Part shown: positions 7,285-17,438 of the stretch, one piece after another | How positions within the stretch are numbered: the first letter of the stretch is position 1 | Layout of the letters: each line of letters starts with the position of its first letter | Source: Candidatus Saccharimonadota bacterium | GTDB lineage: Bacteria > Patescibacteriota > Gracilibacteria > Absconditabacterales > Absconditicoccaceae | DNA: 32,000 nt | Reading direction: 5' to 3' | Assembly: GCA_965231145.1 (NCBI GenBank) | Contig: OZ246420.1 | Location: forward strand, 510,001 to 542,000 | The notes under the pieces: generated by a model | Seen by the model: only the letters and a program-made list of their open reading frames with translations | What the model was told of the DNA's origin: nothing | Databases searched by the model: none | Made by a program: the position numbers and the translations under genes

Positions 7285-7824
7285 TTATCCAAAATAATGG
7301 TGGTATCTTTTTACTTGCTCCCAGTAGGTTTCCAAAAGTTCTTTATAAAGCGTATGATCTGCAAAATATTTGTTTCCATAGTAGATGAAAACTGGCGCTT
7401 TGAAAAAGAGATACGATTGTATCAGCGGAAGAGTGCAGTTATGACACTCAGAAAGATTGTGTATGAGATCAGAAATTTTCACTGCCCAGGCATCGGTATT
7501 TTCTTCTTTTATCATCCTTCCTATCATGCTCGACCGAGCTTTATACTTATCTTCTTGATGATACTGATTGTTATGGCTAACGAGGTCAACAAGATGTATC
7601 GTACGATCAGTGTATCAAAGTTCTTTTAGTTGCGCAAATGTATATCCCCCATCTTCGACTATATCATGAAGATAACCTGCATTTACTATCTCTTCAGAAA
7701 ATCCATGTCTCTCGAGAATTTCACCTACTGCAACAGAGTGCAAATAGACTGGAGTTTGTAGTCACTTACGCATTCAAGGGATCGCTTGTCTGAGTATCTC
7801 AATCGTCTGTTCTTTGGTTGGCAT
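7285..7824 (-). CDS. HD-domain protein of the HD_4 type, resembling a RelA/SpoT-like (p)ppGpp hydrolase (179 aa)
   Basis: Start MPTKEQTIEILRQAIP[G]MRK[G]LQTPVYLHSVAVGEILERHGFSEEIVNAGYLHDIVEDGGYTFAQLKEL[G]YTD... shows the H...HD...D metal motif. Three TGA-Gly codons join it to track ORF 7285..7527. Confidence 0.8.
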
Positions 7825-7876
7825 CTTCTACTAATTCTAAATTATAAATATTGAATTCTAGATTTCTTTTTTGAAT

Positions 7877-9229
7877 TTACTTATTAGTAATTAATGTGTG
7901 TTCGACATGTTTCTGTATTCCCTCATCTATCATTTTCTTCAGTTCAAACTCTCATCGCGGCAATGCATAACAATTATCATATGTGGCAATAGGCGTATCG
8001 TCAAAAGACTTTTGGACGAATGTACTTTCAGAGATGTTATTTCCCTCACAGTATTTTTTGACGAGTGCATCATCCCAAAATGTCATGTCTGCTCTGTTCT
8101 CTTTTACAAAGTTCATGACTTCTTCGATATGCGAAAGTTGAGGTACTCTGACTAATCTTGCGTGAGGGAAATATTTCTGAGCAAGCTGTTCATGGATATC
8201 ATTTTCTTTTACAGCAATCCTGAGTTTCTGATTTTGCTTCAGTGTTTCAAGATCTTGCTGTGCATAAGGCGAATCAGCGCGCATATACGCATATACATGA
8301 CTTTTCATGAGCGACTGTGAGAAAAACATTTCCAGTTTTCTTTCTGTGCTTGGCCACGTAGGACTACAAAAGATATCAATATATCCAAGATCGAGTCTCT
8401 GTGTCAGTGTTCCATAGCCGCTCTGCTCTACAAACTCAAGCTTGATGTTATTATCGTCTGCTATTTTACTGATGATCTCATAGAACTTTCCACTATACGT
8501 TCCATCATCATTTCTCATGAAATAATCGAAATATGGGACATATGAACATCTCATGACTCCTCTTTCCTTAATCACTTCCCATCTTGTTTTTTGTCTTTCT
8601 GCAAAAGAAAGATACATTTCATACGGAGCTTCTAAAAGAACAAAATCTATATACATCCTTATTTTGTTGTCGAAAACTCCTGCAATATAGTCTTCAAACA
8701 CACGCCAGTTTTTATGATACACATACGTTATTTTATCAACACCAAAGAAACCAGGCGCAAACTCTAAAAATGCTATCTCTGACAGGAGGTAATGAGTAGC
8801 CTGCTTTACATCTTCATCTGTATATGGTTTTCAGGAATTCTGCAGTACTTCTTTAGAAGTTTCGTTTGCAGATTTCTCAAATTCTTGGTTTGTATCATAT
8901 AACTGTTTCACTTCATTGAAATGCTTAAGATAATTTGGATTATCCTTCACTTCATTATCCCAATCTACAATAAGAATATTTTGATCCTGAATACCAAGAT
9001 CGTTGATGACGCGTCTAGTTCTATTTTTTAAGCCGTTACCATTGAGGATAGCTTTATTCCTCGCTTTGCCTGGGTTATATCCCATAGCAAGATACGTAGA
9101 AATTGCTGGCACATCAGCGACCATGATCGCTGCCTTTCCATATCTTTTGATGCATTCTCTGAGCAAAAAAGCTACTTCCTTATCTTTGAAGTAACTGTTT
9201 CCCGGAGACATACCGATGATTGAAAGCAT
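7877..9229 (-). CDS. tRNA-dependent cyclodipeptide synthase (CDPS, NYH-type) fused to a C-terminal type-2 periplasmic-binding-protein (SBP_bac_3-like) domain (450 aa)
   Basis: Track ORFs 8831..9229 and 7952..8722 share one frame and are joined by TGA 8831-8833. TGA 7952-7954 extends the gene to TAA 7877-7879. CDPS hallmarks are IIGMSPGNSYF (compare AlbC GISAGNSYF; catalytic Ser at 9206-9208), THYLLSEIAF (Y..E) and TYVYHKNW (Y-H). The C-terminal half carries SBP_bac_3 hallmarks (CSYVPYFDY..DGTYSGKFYEII, SPTWPSTERK, YALPR[G]EFELKKMIDEGI). Confidence 0.8.
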
Positions 9230-9326
9230 TATGTCATTTTATACATTAAATATGGATTATGGACCTTAGTATAAGCAGACAAAGAAGAACTGCAATACCA
9301 CTTGCTTTCATCTGCTATTTTTCTAT

Positions 9327-9746
9327 ATGTTAAGGCATTTATCCTTTATCGATTATTGCATGTCAACAACTATGCTGATTGCGAAATTACTCTTCCCTGT
9401 ATTTGCATTAGTTACTATCACGGCATTTATCCGCCCAAAGTTCTATAGAGAAATTGCGAAAGAGATCATGAACAGTCACGCTCTTATCTACATCGCAAGT
9501 TTCATGAACCTTATTGGAGGTACAGCTATCATCCTCTACCATAATACATGGACTCAAGACTGGTCAACGCTCATCACAGTTATCGGATGGTTGGCTGCTG
9601 TCAAAGGAGCTATATATATGGTTTTCCCAAAAGCAGCAATCGGCATGGTAACAAATGCGACTCAGTCAAAAGCATTTGTATACTTTATGGGTATCATTTC
9701 TGCTCTCTTTGCAGTTGCCCTCTACTCTCTTGGATACATGGCGTAG
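9327..9746 (+). CDS. Small integral membrane protein, function unknown (about 4 TM helices). The true start may be the internal ATG near 9360.
   Basis: Hydrophobic open frame ending at TAG 9744-9746, followed by a bidirectional terminator. Confidence 0.55.
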   Translation: MLRHLSFIDYCMSTTMLIAKLLFPVFALVTITAFIRPKFYREIAKEIMNSHALIYIASFMNLIGGTAIILYHNTWTQDWSTLITVIGWLAAVKGAIYMVFPKAAIGMVTNATQSKAFVYFMGIISALFAVALYSLGYMA

Positions 9747-9766
9747 GCTTATTTTACGCGAAAAAG

Positions 9767-9795
9767 AAAACTCTGCATCTCGCAGAGTTTTTTTA
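9767..9795. terminator. Bidirectional rho-independent terminator
   Basis: aactctgc-atctc-gcagagtt, flanked by an A-run and a T-run. Confidence 0.6.
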
Positions 9796-10221
9796 TTATC
9801 CTATTTTCTTCATAAGAGCCGCATATGCATAGTCTAAGAGTCAGTGTTTTTTCATGCTACAAATCTCTTCCCATGTAAACCATCCGGCATTTTGTGTTTC
9901 TTCAAGAGGTTCTGGTTCTCCCGATACCCGCTTTGTGAGGAAAAAAATTGTGAGCACCTGATGCTCTCCAAATGTACATGACATACTTCCAAGATAGTCC
10001 ATGTCGTCACTCACTACGACTCCCGTTTCTTCTTCGATTTCTCTCTTCAGTGTCTTTTCTATGATGCTTTCCGTTTGTTCATAATCGATCTTTCCACCAG
10101 GGATATTCCAGGCATCTGGATACATTCTATCGTCCGGGAGTCTTTGAATAAACAAAAATTTGTCTCATTTCTGGACCCATCCAACAATATTTGCTATGAA
10201 CATATTCTTCGCTGAAGGCAT
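9796..10221 (-). CDS. NUDIX hydrolase (141 aa)
   Basis: Nudix box GGKIDYEQTESIIEKTLKREIEEETGV. The N-terminus extends to ATG 10219-10221 through TGA (..WVQK[G]DKFLFIQR). The C-terminus extends through TGA 9841-9843 to TAA 9796-9798. Confidence 0.8.
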
Positions 10222-10293
10222 GGGATAAGTCTATGGAAATGGCCGTTGTTTTCAAGGGAGGCTACTAGCAGCCCTTATGAACTTTCATATACT

Positions 10294-10321
10294 AAAAAAG
10301 ACCCCAGCCAGGGTCCTTTTT
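10294..10321. terminator. Hairpin terminator downstream of the RT gene
   Basis: A-run, gaccc-cagcca-gggtc, T-run. Confidence 0.5.
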
Positions 10322-10389
10322 AGTGCTAGATATGAGTTCCCATACCCAGCTCCTGTATAATATATATTATTGATGTAATTACAAGTGCA

Positions 10390-12498
10390 TTAAAATTCGT
10401 ATTTTCTGCTTATTTCTCTTTCTATAACCATAGAAAGTTTCGAGATAACGATAGAAATTTCATTTTCAAAAATATCAATCTTCTGATAATTTTTATTATA
10501 TCAAATATAATGTAAGATTGCATGATTCTGTTCTTTATGATTCATTTTTGCTCTTAACTTTACAATATAGAGTAATAAATTTAAGTGTTCTCTTAATTCA
10601 GGAATTACTTTTATTATTTTTTCCTTTTCTCTACTCTTTCAACACATAATCAATCATCTTTGTCATTGGAGAACTACTGTAACATATTCATTATAAATAA
10701 GTGAATAAGCAATAGTAAGTAATCAATTAAATAAAGAATGAATATCTGCAATAAAGCTTTCATTATGTAAATAGAAAATCGGGAAAAGAGATTTAATGAC
10801 AATTAAATTATCAATTATTAGATCTAAAGAATACGCTACTGGCTTTTCTATTATTTGATCATTAGTTAAATTTTGTATTTTATTAGACAGAGACCTAAAT
10901 GCGTCTACATTATGCTGAAAAATAGTATTAAATTTTATGCCTATGATATTTTCTTTTACAGACTCTTTGCTTTGAGAAATCATATTATGTAATCATTTTA
11001 ATCTACTCAATTGTAAATAATTATCAAAAAACAACCTTTTCTTCTCGCTTAAAAATCATAATGCTATTGGATTATTGTTTTCTGTAATTGATTCAATCAA
11101 ATAATACTGCAAATCACTACGTGCACTCTGATTTTTTATTATTTTTAAATTTTTATAAAGCATAACTAAAGTATTATCCGTAATAATATATTTATATTTT
11201 CTCAAAAGGTTTATAAAATTATTCATTATACTATGATCATATTTGTTGATTAACTCCATAATCAAAGCTAAGAAATTAGTTTCAGATATAGTTATTAACG
11301 TAAGAACACTTTTTTCCTCTTCTTCTTTAGCAGAAGTTAATATATCATAAATAGATACTAAAAAATGATGGGTAACTAATAGCGAGGCACCCGCTATTGT
11401 ATAAAATCGTTTGAAGTATTGTTTTAAAAATCATTTTTCTTCTTGAATATTTTTTAATCATATGTCCATTAGATCTAAATATGCTTTAATATCAGAGACC
11501 TTATGCTTTTTTAGATTATTAATATTAATTTTGACTTTATTCTTATAATCAGACGTTTTTTTTGCATTTTCATATGATTTTTCTGCATTAGCAGTTAGCC
11601 CTCTTTCATTAAATTCTTTTTTTATCTTTGCAGCTTCTTCTTCTAAAAGAACCTTGTTATCTCCGAAAAAATAAAAATCGTCTACATAATATATCATGCT
11701 TATCTTATCATTAATAACATAGATACCATTTTTTAATTTTATATCTAGCAAGCAATCTGGATTAAATAATACTAACCAAGTAAATAAAGAAGCAATAAAA
11801 TCACAACCCAAGATAGACTGAGGAAGTCATACATTATTAAAGCCATTCACCTTAAAGAGAGCCATAGAAAGTTCATACATAAAATTATCTATTCAAAATT
11901 TCTCGTACTCTTCATAAGTTAAATATAATTTTAATATCTTATGCAATAATCCAATGAAGTGGTTATGATTTATACTATCATAATAAGATTTAATATCATA
12001 TTCCATTACTCGTGCTTTATTCTTTAATAGATTCTTTTTTATTTCCTCAAACTTAGTCCATAATCCTCGATAGGGAAGAATTTTTCAATTATTCTGAAAA
12101 TCCAATTGATGTCCATATGCAAAATACATATTTGAAATAAGCTTATTAGATTTTACATCATCATTTTTAAATATACAAGCTAATATATTGATAAGTTTCT
12201 CAATATATGTCTCAAAATAAATCACATTATAGAGGTTAGGAATTCTATATGTTCTTACATCAAGATTAATTTTAGATGAAGTTGTCTTACAAATGAAAGG
12301 TGTGTGGCAATTTTCAACAGCTAAATTAAAATGTTTTAATTCTTCATCGCTTATTCTAAGAATGTTTTCATTTAAATGAAAAAAGAACTTATCATAAAAT
12401 AAACTTCCTATTTTATTGGCTCTTGAGAAATATTCATTACTCTTAGATGTTATATATCTATTACATACTTTGAGTATTATGGATTTATCGACTGACAT
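10390..12498 (-). CDS. Stand-alone reverse transcriptase with a long helical C-terminal domain. Resembles Abi (AbiA/AbiK) or UG/DRT defence RTs (702 aa, code 25).
   Basis: Track ORFs 12085..12498, 11458..11811, 11056..11265 and 10723..10983 plus the gaps between them form one frame with 12 in-frame TGAs, ending at TAA 10390-10392. RT motifs appear in canonical order: VRTYRIPNL (motif 1), MEYDIKSYYDSINH (motif A), NV[G]LPQSILGCDFIASLF (motif B), IYYVDDFYFFG (motif C, YVDD = 11677-11688), ERGLTANAEKS (motifs D/E). Confidence 0.85.
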
Positions 12499-12564
12499 TT
12501 ATCGAATTAATGTTAAATCTATTTGATATTCTATGCATTATTCAAGTATTTTCTATGTATTATT

Positions 12565-12597
12565 AATAAAACCTGTCTCGTTAGAACAGGTTTTATC
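12565..12597 (-). terminator. Rho-independent terminator of the malic enzyme gene
   Basis: aaaacctgt-N9-acaggtttt with a T-rich tail on the minus strand. Confidence 0.55.
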
Positions 12598-12623
12598 AAT
12601 AATTGCTAATAAGCTAATGAAAT

Positions 12624-13763
12624 TTACCCCACCTTCTTCACTGCATTCGCGATCATATCAGCGATTCCTTGCTCTAACGCCGATGGGATGATGTTGTCCG
12701 GAGTTGGATTATTAACGCTTTCAGCAAGTGCGTAGGCGGCAGCTAAGAAATGTTCGTCAGTAAATTGTTTTATTCTTCCTTCAAGAGCTCATTTAAATAA
12801 ACCTGGGAAAACGAGTACATTGTTAACCTGATTTGGATAGTCACTACGTCCTGTCGCCATGATATATGCTCCTCCGGCTTGTGCTTCCTCAGGAAGAATT
12901 TCAGGGATAGGATTTGCCATAGCAAAGATGATAGGTTTATCAGTCATCTTTTGGATATCATTTCTGTCCAGGACATTTGGTTGACTCACGCCTATAAAGA
13001 CATCTGCTCAGACTATTACATCTTTAAGGCCTCACTGAGCATTGGTGATATTATATGGGATGATGGCATCTTTATAAGGATTGGAATCTGCGCGTCACTG
13101 ATAGAGAGCTCATTTGCTATCTACAAGAATAATATGTTTCACTCCTCGCGTGATAAGGAGCTTTGCAATAGCGATGGCTGCAGCTCCTGCTCCGGACATA
13201 ACTACTTTTACTGCGTCTTTTGCTTTGCCTGCAAGTTTCAGTGAGTTGATAAGCGCAGCAAGCACGACAATAGCTGTTCCATGCTGGTCGTCATGAAAGA
13301 CAGGGATATTAAGACGTTTTTTCAACTCTTCTTCTATGTAGAAGCATTGCGGAGCTTTGATATCTTCAAGATTGATCCCACCAAATGTCGGAGCAAGACT
13401 TTCTACAACAGAGATGATGTGCTCGGGATCCTGGTTTTGTAGTACGATAGGTACTGCATTTACTCAACCGAAGGTTTTGAAAAGCATCGCTTTTCATTCC
13501 ATCACCGGAAGTCCAGCCAATGCGCCGATGTTTCCGAGTCCGAGAACCGCACTTCCATCTGAAATAACTGCTATTGTATTTCCTTTCCAGGTATAGTTAT
13601 ATGCTTTTTCTGGATCAACAGCTATTTGTCTGCATGGTTCAGCCACGCCGGGAGAGTAATATGTCGAAAGATCTTCTCTTGTCTGTGGTACTATTTTACA
13701 GTGAATATCTATTTTCCCTCTGAGCTTCTCATGTCACTCGATCGATGCTTTATTGTAGTCCAT
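12624..13763 (-). CDS. NAD(P)-dependent malic enzyme (short form, 379 aa)
   Basis: Fragments 12789..12989 and 13110..13325 and their neighbours join in one frame through several TGA-Gly codons. Motifs include [28 protein letters not shown][G]VNAVPI (TGA 13464-13466), [22 protein letters not shown][G]ALY and [G]ADVFIGVS. Confidence 0.9.
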
Positions 13764-13786
13764 GTTTTCGCTTACAAACTAAATAG

Positions 13787-13875
13787 AGCAATTAGATATT
13801 AGATTTTAGATGTTAGCGAGATGCCAAAATCTAACATCTATAATCTAAGTGCAATTATTACAAACGAATTAGTGT
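13787..13875. repeat. Palindromic 5'-region element, copy B (upstream of the malic enzyme gene)
   Basis: attagatattagattttagatgttagcgagatgccaaaatctaacatctataatctaagtgc... aligns with 3157-3241 and contains the same tagatgttag/ctaacatcta inverted repeat. Confidence 0.6.
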
Positions 13876-13981
13876 GTTAGATTGTGCCGGGAATATAAGG
13901 AATTTAGTATGTGAGTACAAGTTGAAAGTGACGAGCCAATCATTACTCTGTCTCTCAGATGTTTTATTTTAGAGGTATGAT

Positions 13982-15322
13982 ATGCAAGAAATAGCAGTCT
14001 GAACAAGTGATATATGAGGAGGAGAGCCTATTTTCTATCCTGATGAACCGCTAAAGAAAAAACTCCTCCGCAATGGATTTTGGCTCTATTTTTTCTCATT
14101 TATCGTTGCACCAACAGGATACATTATAAAAGTAATCGCGTCTCGCCAGCTTTCGGTCGAAGATATCGGTATCTTCTATTCGGTTCTTGGTATCATCGGA
14201 CTGCTTTCTACGTACAATGATCTCTGACTCACAGAGGCGCTGCAGTACTTCCTGCCGCACTATTTCATCGACAAAGACTATGTGAAGGCAAAAACGATGG
14301 TTGTCTTCACACTGATCTCGCAAATCATCAGCAGCGTACTTATCATTGCCGTGCTGCTGTTTATCGCACCGTGGCTTGCAGCGCACTATTTTCATACACC
14401 GCTTGCTCTTCCACTCCTCCAGCTCTTCTGTATCTATTTTCTCATCATCAATACATTTCAAATGATACAGTCGCTCTTCATCGCGACCCAGCAGGTGAAG
14501 CGATCCCAGGGGATTGAGTGAATCAGGATGTGGTCTATAGTCCTGCTGGTGGTAATTGGTAGTTTTATGGACATCTTTTCACTCAATAGCTTCATGCTTT
14601 ACCGGCTTGCCGGCTTGCTCATTTCTACCATAGTGGGAGCGATAGCGATGAGGAAACATTTTGGATGGCTGTTCAAATACAAAGTCAACCTCTCGAAAGA
14701 TCTCTTAAAAAAGTGGTTCGGTTATGCTATACGGGTTATCATAGGGACAAATGCGACATTATTACTCACACAGATAGATCAACAATTTGCGCTTTACTTC
14801 TTTGGTGCTGAAAGCGCAGGTTACCGAACAAATTATCTGACGCTGTTCAATAGTATCACGATCATCTGTACTCCGCTTATTGCCTATTTGTTTCCATTGC
14901 TCAATGAGCTTCATAAGAAAAACGAACAAGCAAAGATAAAGCTCTTAAATCGTATGCTCTACATAGGATTTATTTCTATCGGACTAGTGATCGGGCTTAT
15001 CGCATATTTCTGGGGACCAGAGGCAGCCGTCTTACTTTTCGGGGAAAAATTCAGATCATCAGGAGAACTTTTCCAGGTCAGTGCACCATTTCTCTGGCTC
15101 GTACCTATCATGGGTATCCAGTTTCAAAATCTTGCAAGTCATGGAAAAGTAAAACAAAGAGTCATCTTATTACTTATGGGGGTTGCAGTGAATTGTACTG
15201 TGAGCATACTTTGCATGCGTACCATGGGCATCTCAGGTATCGTCTATGGTATGGCTGCAGGACAGGCAGCGGCCATCCTTGGTTCGCTTATCATCGAAAG
15301 AAAATATCGTACTAGATCATAA
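13982..15322 (+). CDS. Wzx/RfbX-type polysaccharide (oligosaccharide-lipid) flippase (446 aa)
   Basis: ATG 13982 follows an AGAGG Shine-Dalgarno sequence. The protein is multi-TM and carries ...LLSTYNDL[G]LTEALQYFLP. Track ORFs 14282..14521 and 14528..15322 share the frame and are joined by TGA 14519-14521. Confidence 0.8.
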
Positions 15323-15327
15323 AACAT

Positions 15328-16635
15328 ATGCTGAAATATATCATGACATGAGATAAGACGCAAGGTCTGAGATGGGAAAACCGATCGCTCTTTTTGCGTA
15401 CTGAAACAAGTCGTCTTGAGAGGAACTCTACGGCAAGTGTGCTCATGATCTGTTATAACCATACGGAGCAGTTCTTCAGGTTGCTTGATAAGATCGACAA
15501 AGAGTCATGACGCGATCAGTTTACTATCACTATCGTACAAAACTCTGATAAGGAAGAAGCCTTACGTATATTTGAACAAAAGATTGCTTCATATACCAAC
15601 ATAACTGTCCTCTACCCGGTACACAATCTCGGCTCTGCATGAGGTTATGCACTCTGACAAGAATACTTGCTACATCATGGCTATGAACATCTTATCATGG
15701 TAGAAGACGATATAGAACTTCTTGCAGATGATACGATCACTGCTATGATACAGACAGCCAAAAGGGATGAAAAACATGTTGTTTTCATCAACCATCCGAT
15801 CAATGCTGGTGGTGACCATTCTCGATATGTACAGCTTGCATGCTATCCTCTTTCGCTTATTCGTCATGCTGGGATCATAGATCCAAGATATTTCTTCAGA
15901 GCAGAAGATCTTGAGCGGGCAAAAAGACTCGAAAAACATATTGCGGATAGTCATTATCATAAGGTCATTATAGAAAAAGACTATTATCATCCTTACATTA
16001 AGGCTATGAATAATAGTGGTTCATGGATCTATTTTTCTATCAGAAACCAGTTATGGAGTTTTTGCTCTCATCATGTGAGCTATGTACAGCTGATCAGAGC
16101 GATCTTTTTTTACCTCGCATTTGGTTTGTTTGTGTTCCTCAGAACAAGGAAAAAAGAAATTATGCTATGCGTTGTGCGGGCGCTGTATGATGGCATACGC
16201 TGATATAGATCGTTTGGATATAATGTAAAAATTATTGAAAAATGTATGCACTACAAAAAGCTTTTTCTCTCCGATCTATGATGGAGCATAGAACAGATAA
16301 ATACGCTTCCTAGCTATATTAATACTCACCATCTTCTTGCTCGTACGACTCTCTCTGTACAGGACAGAGAGGTGCTTTGACGCTACAGATGAGATCTTCG
16401 TGTTAGCGGATGATTTCAGCCTGTTCGAGGATGGTATATGGTCGCACTCCAGCGTCTCTTTATCATAGAACATCTCAGACTCGATAAAGATATGTGCTCC
16501 GGAAAGCTGCTTCGTCAGAGCTTTGCTTCAAGCGTACTGAACTTATGATTGTTTTTGCCAGCAGCTTTGTTATGATGAATAGCAATTATCGTCTACACAG
16601 TGCTGTTTTTACCGACTAGCTATCTCAGGAAATAA
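15328..16635 (+). CDS. GT2-family glycosyltransferase with a C-terminal membrane-associated extension (435 aa; the start may be internal, near 15439-15445)
   Basis: VLMICYNHTEQ..., NLGSA[G]GYAL[G]Q and MVEDD (DxD) motifs. The frame continues through TGA 16201-16203 and further TGAs to TAA 16633-16635. Confidence 0.7.
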
Positions 16636-17429
16636 TGAGAAACATCAAGCAGTTTCTGACGCCACAAACGCTCTCTTATCTGTTTTATTTGCCGAGAGTT
16701 TTTTTGGTACTGAAAAATCCATTATGATTTTTGAAATCATATATTAGCGGAACTCGCAGTATAGAAAATATAGAAATGCGCCATGGACTTGTCTATGAGA
16801 TCAGCAACTTTGATGACCTTGGTGTATTCTATGAAATATTTATCAAGAAAGAATACGGCGCTATCCCCAAAGGGAAGACTACTATCATTGATATAGGCGC
16901 AAACAATGGTCTTTTCATGCTCTACTGTAAATCACAAAATCCTGAAAGCACGATCCATTGCTATGAACCAGTGCCACAGTGTGCATCACATATCCAGCAT
17001 ATCGTACATCGTAACAAACTCCAGCATGTACATATCCATGAGGCTGCTGTTTCGGATAAAGTATGACTCCATCGTTTATATCTTGGTAGTCAAACTGTTG
17101 CGGCGTCGCTCTATGAGGATATCGCATCATGACATGAAAGCATAGATATCAAGACAACAACACTCGAAGCGATATTCCATGACCAGAGCATCGCAAGCGT
17201 TGATTTCCTTAAGGTAGACTGCGAAGGTGGAGAGTATGACATTTTTTATTCTACCAGTGCAGAGACACTTCAGCGCTGTAAGTACATGGCAATCGAATAT
17301 CATGACATCGATGAAACAAAAAATGGAAAGGAGCTCTACAAACATATAAAAAAACTTCTTCCACAAAGAAAAGTTATCTATCATCATCATCCTGCCCATC
17401 CACATAACGGCTTTATCACGGTAAAATAA
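16635..17429 (+). CDS. FkbM-family methyltransferase (264 aa)
   Basis: IIDIGANNGLFMLY...CYEPVP...FLKVDCEGGEYDIF. The start ATG overlaps the upstream stop (ATAATGA). There are 3 in-frame TGA-Gly codons. Confidence 0.8.
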
Positions 17430-17438
17430 TACCTTTCT

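Noticed and set aside
10222-12623. A retron (msr/msd), group II intron or diversity-generating retroelement around the RT.
   Set aside because: Only about 70 nt of non-coding DNA lies on each side before the neighbouring terminators. I saw no long inverted repeats, no domain V/VI-like helices, no template/variable repeat pair and no maturase or endonuclease domain. An unrecognised short ncRNA cannot be fully excluded.
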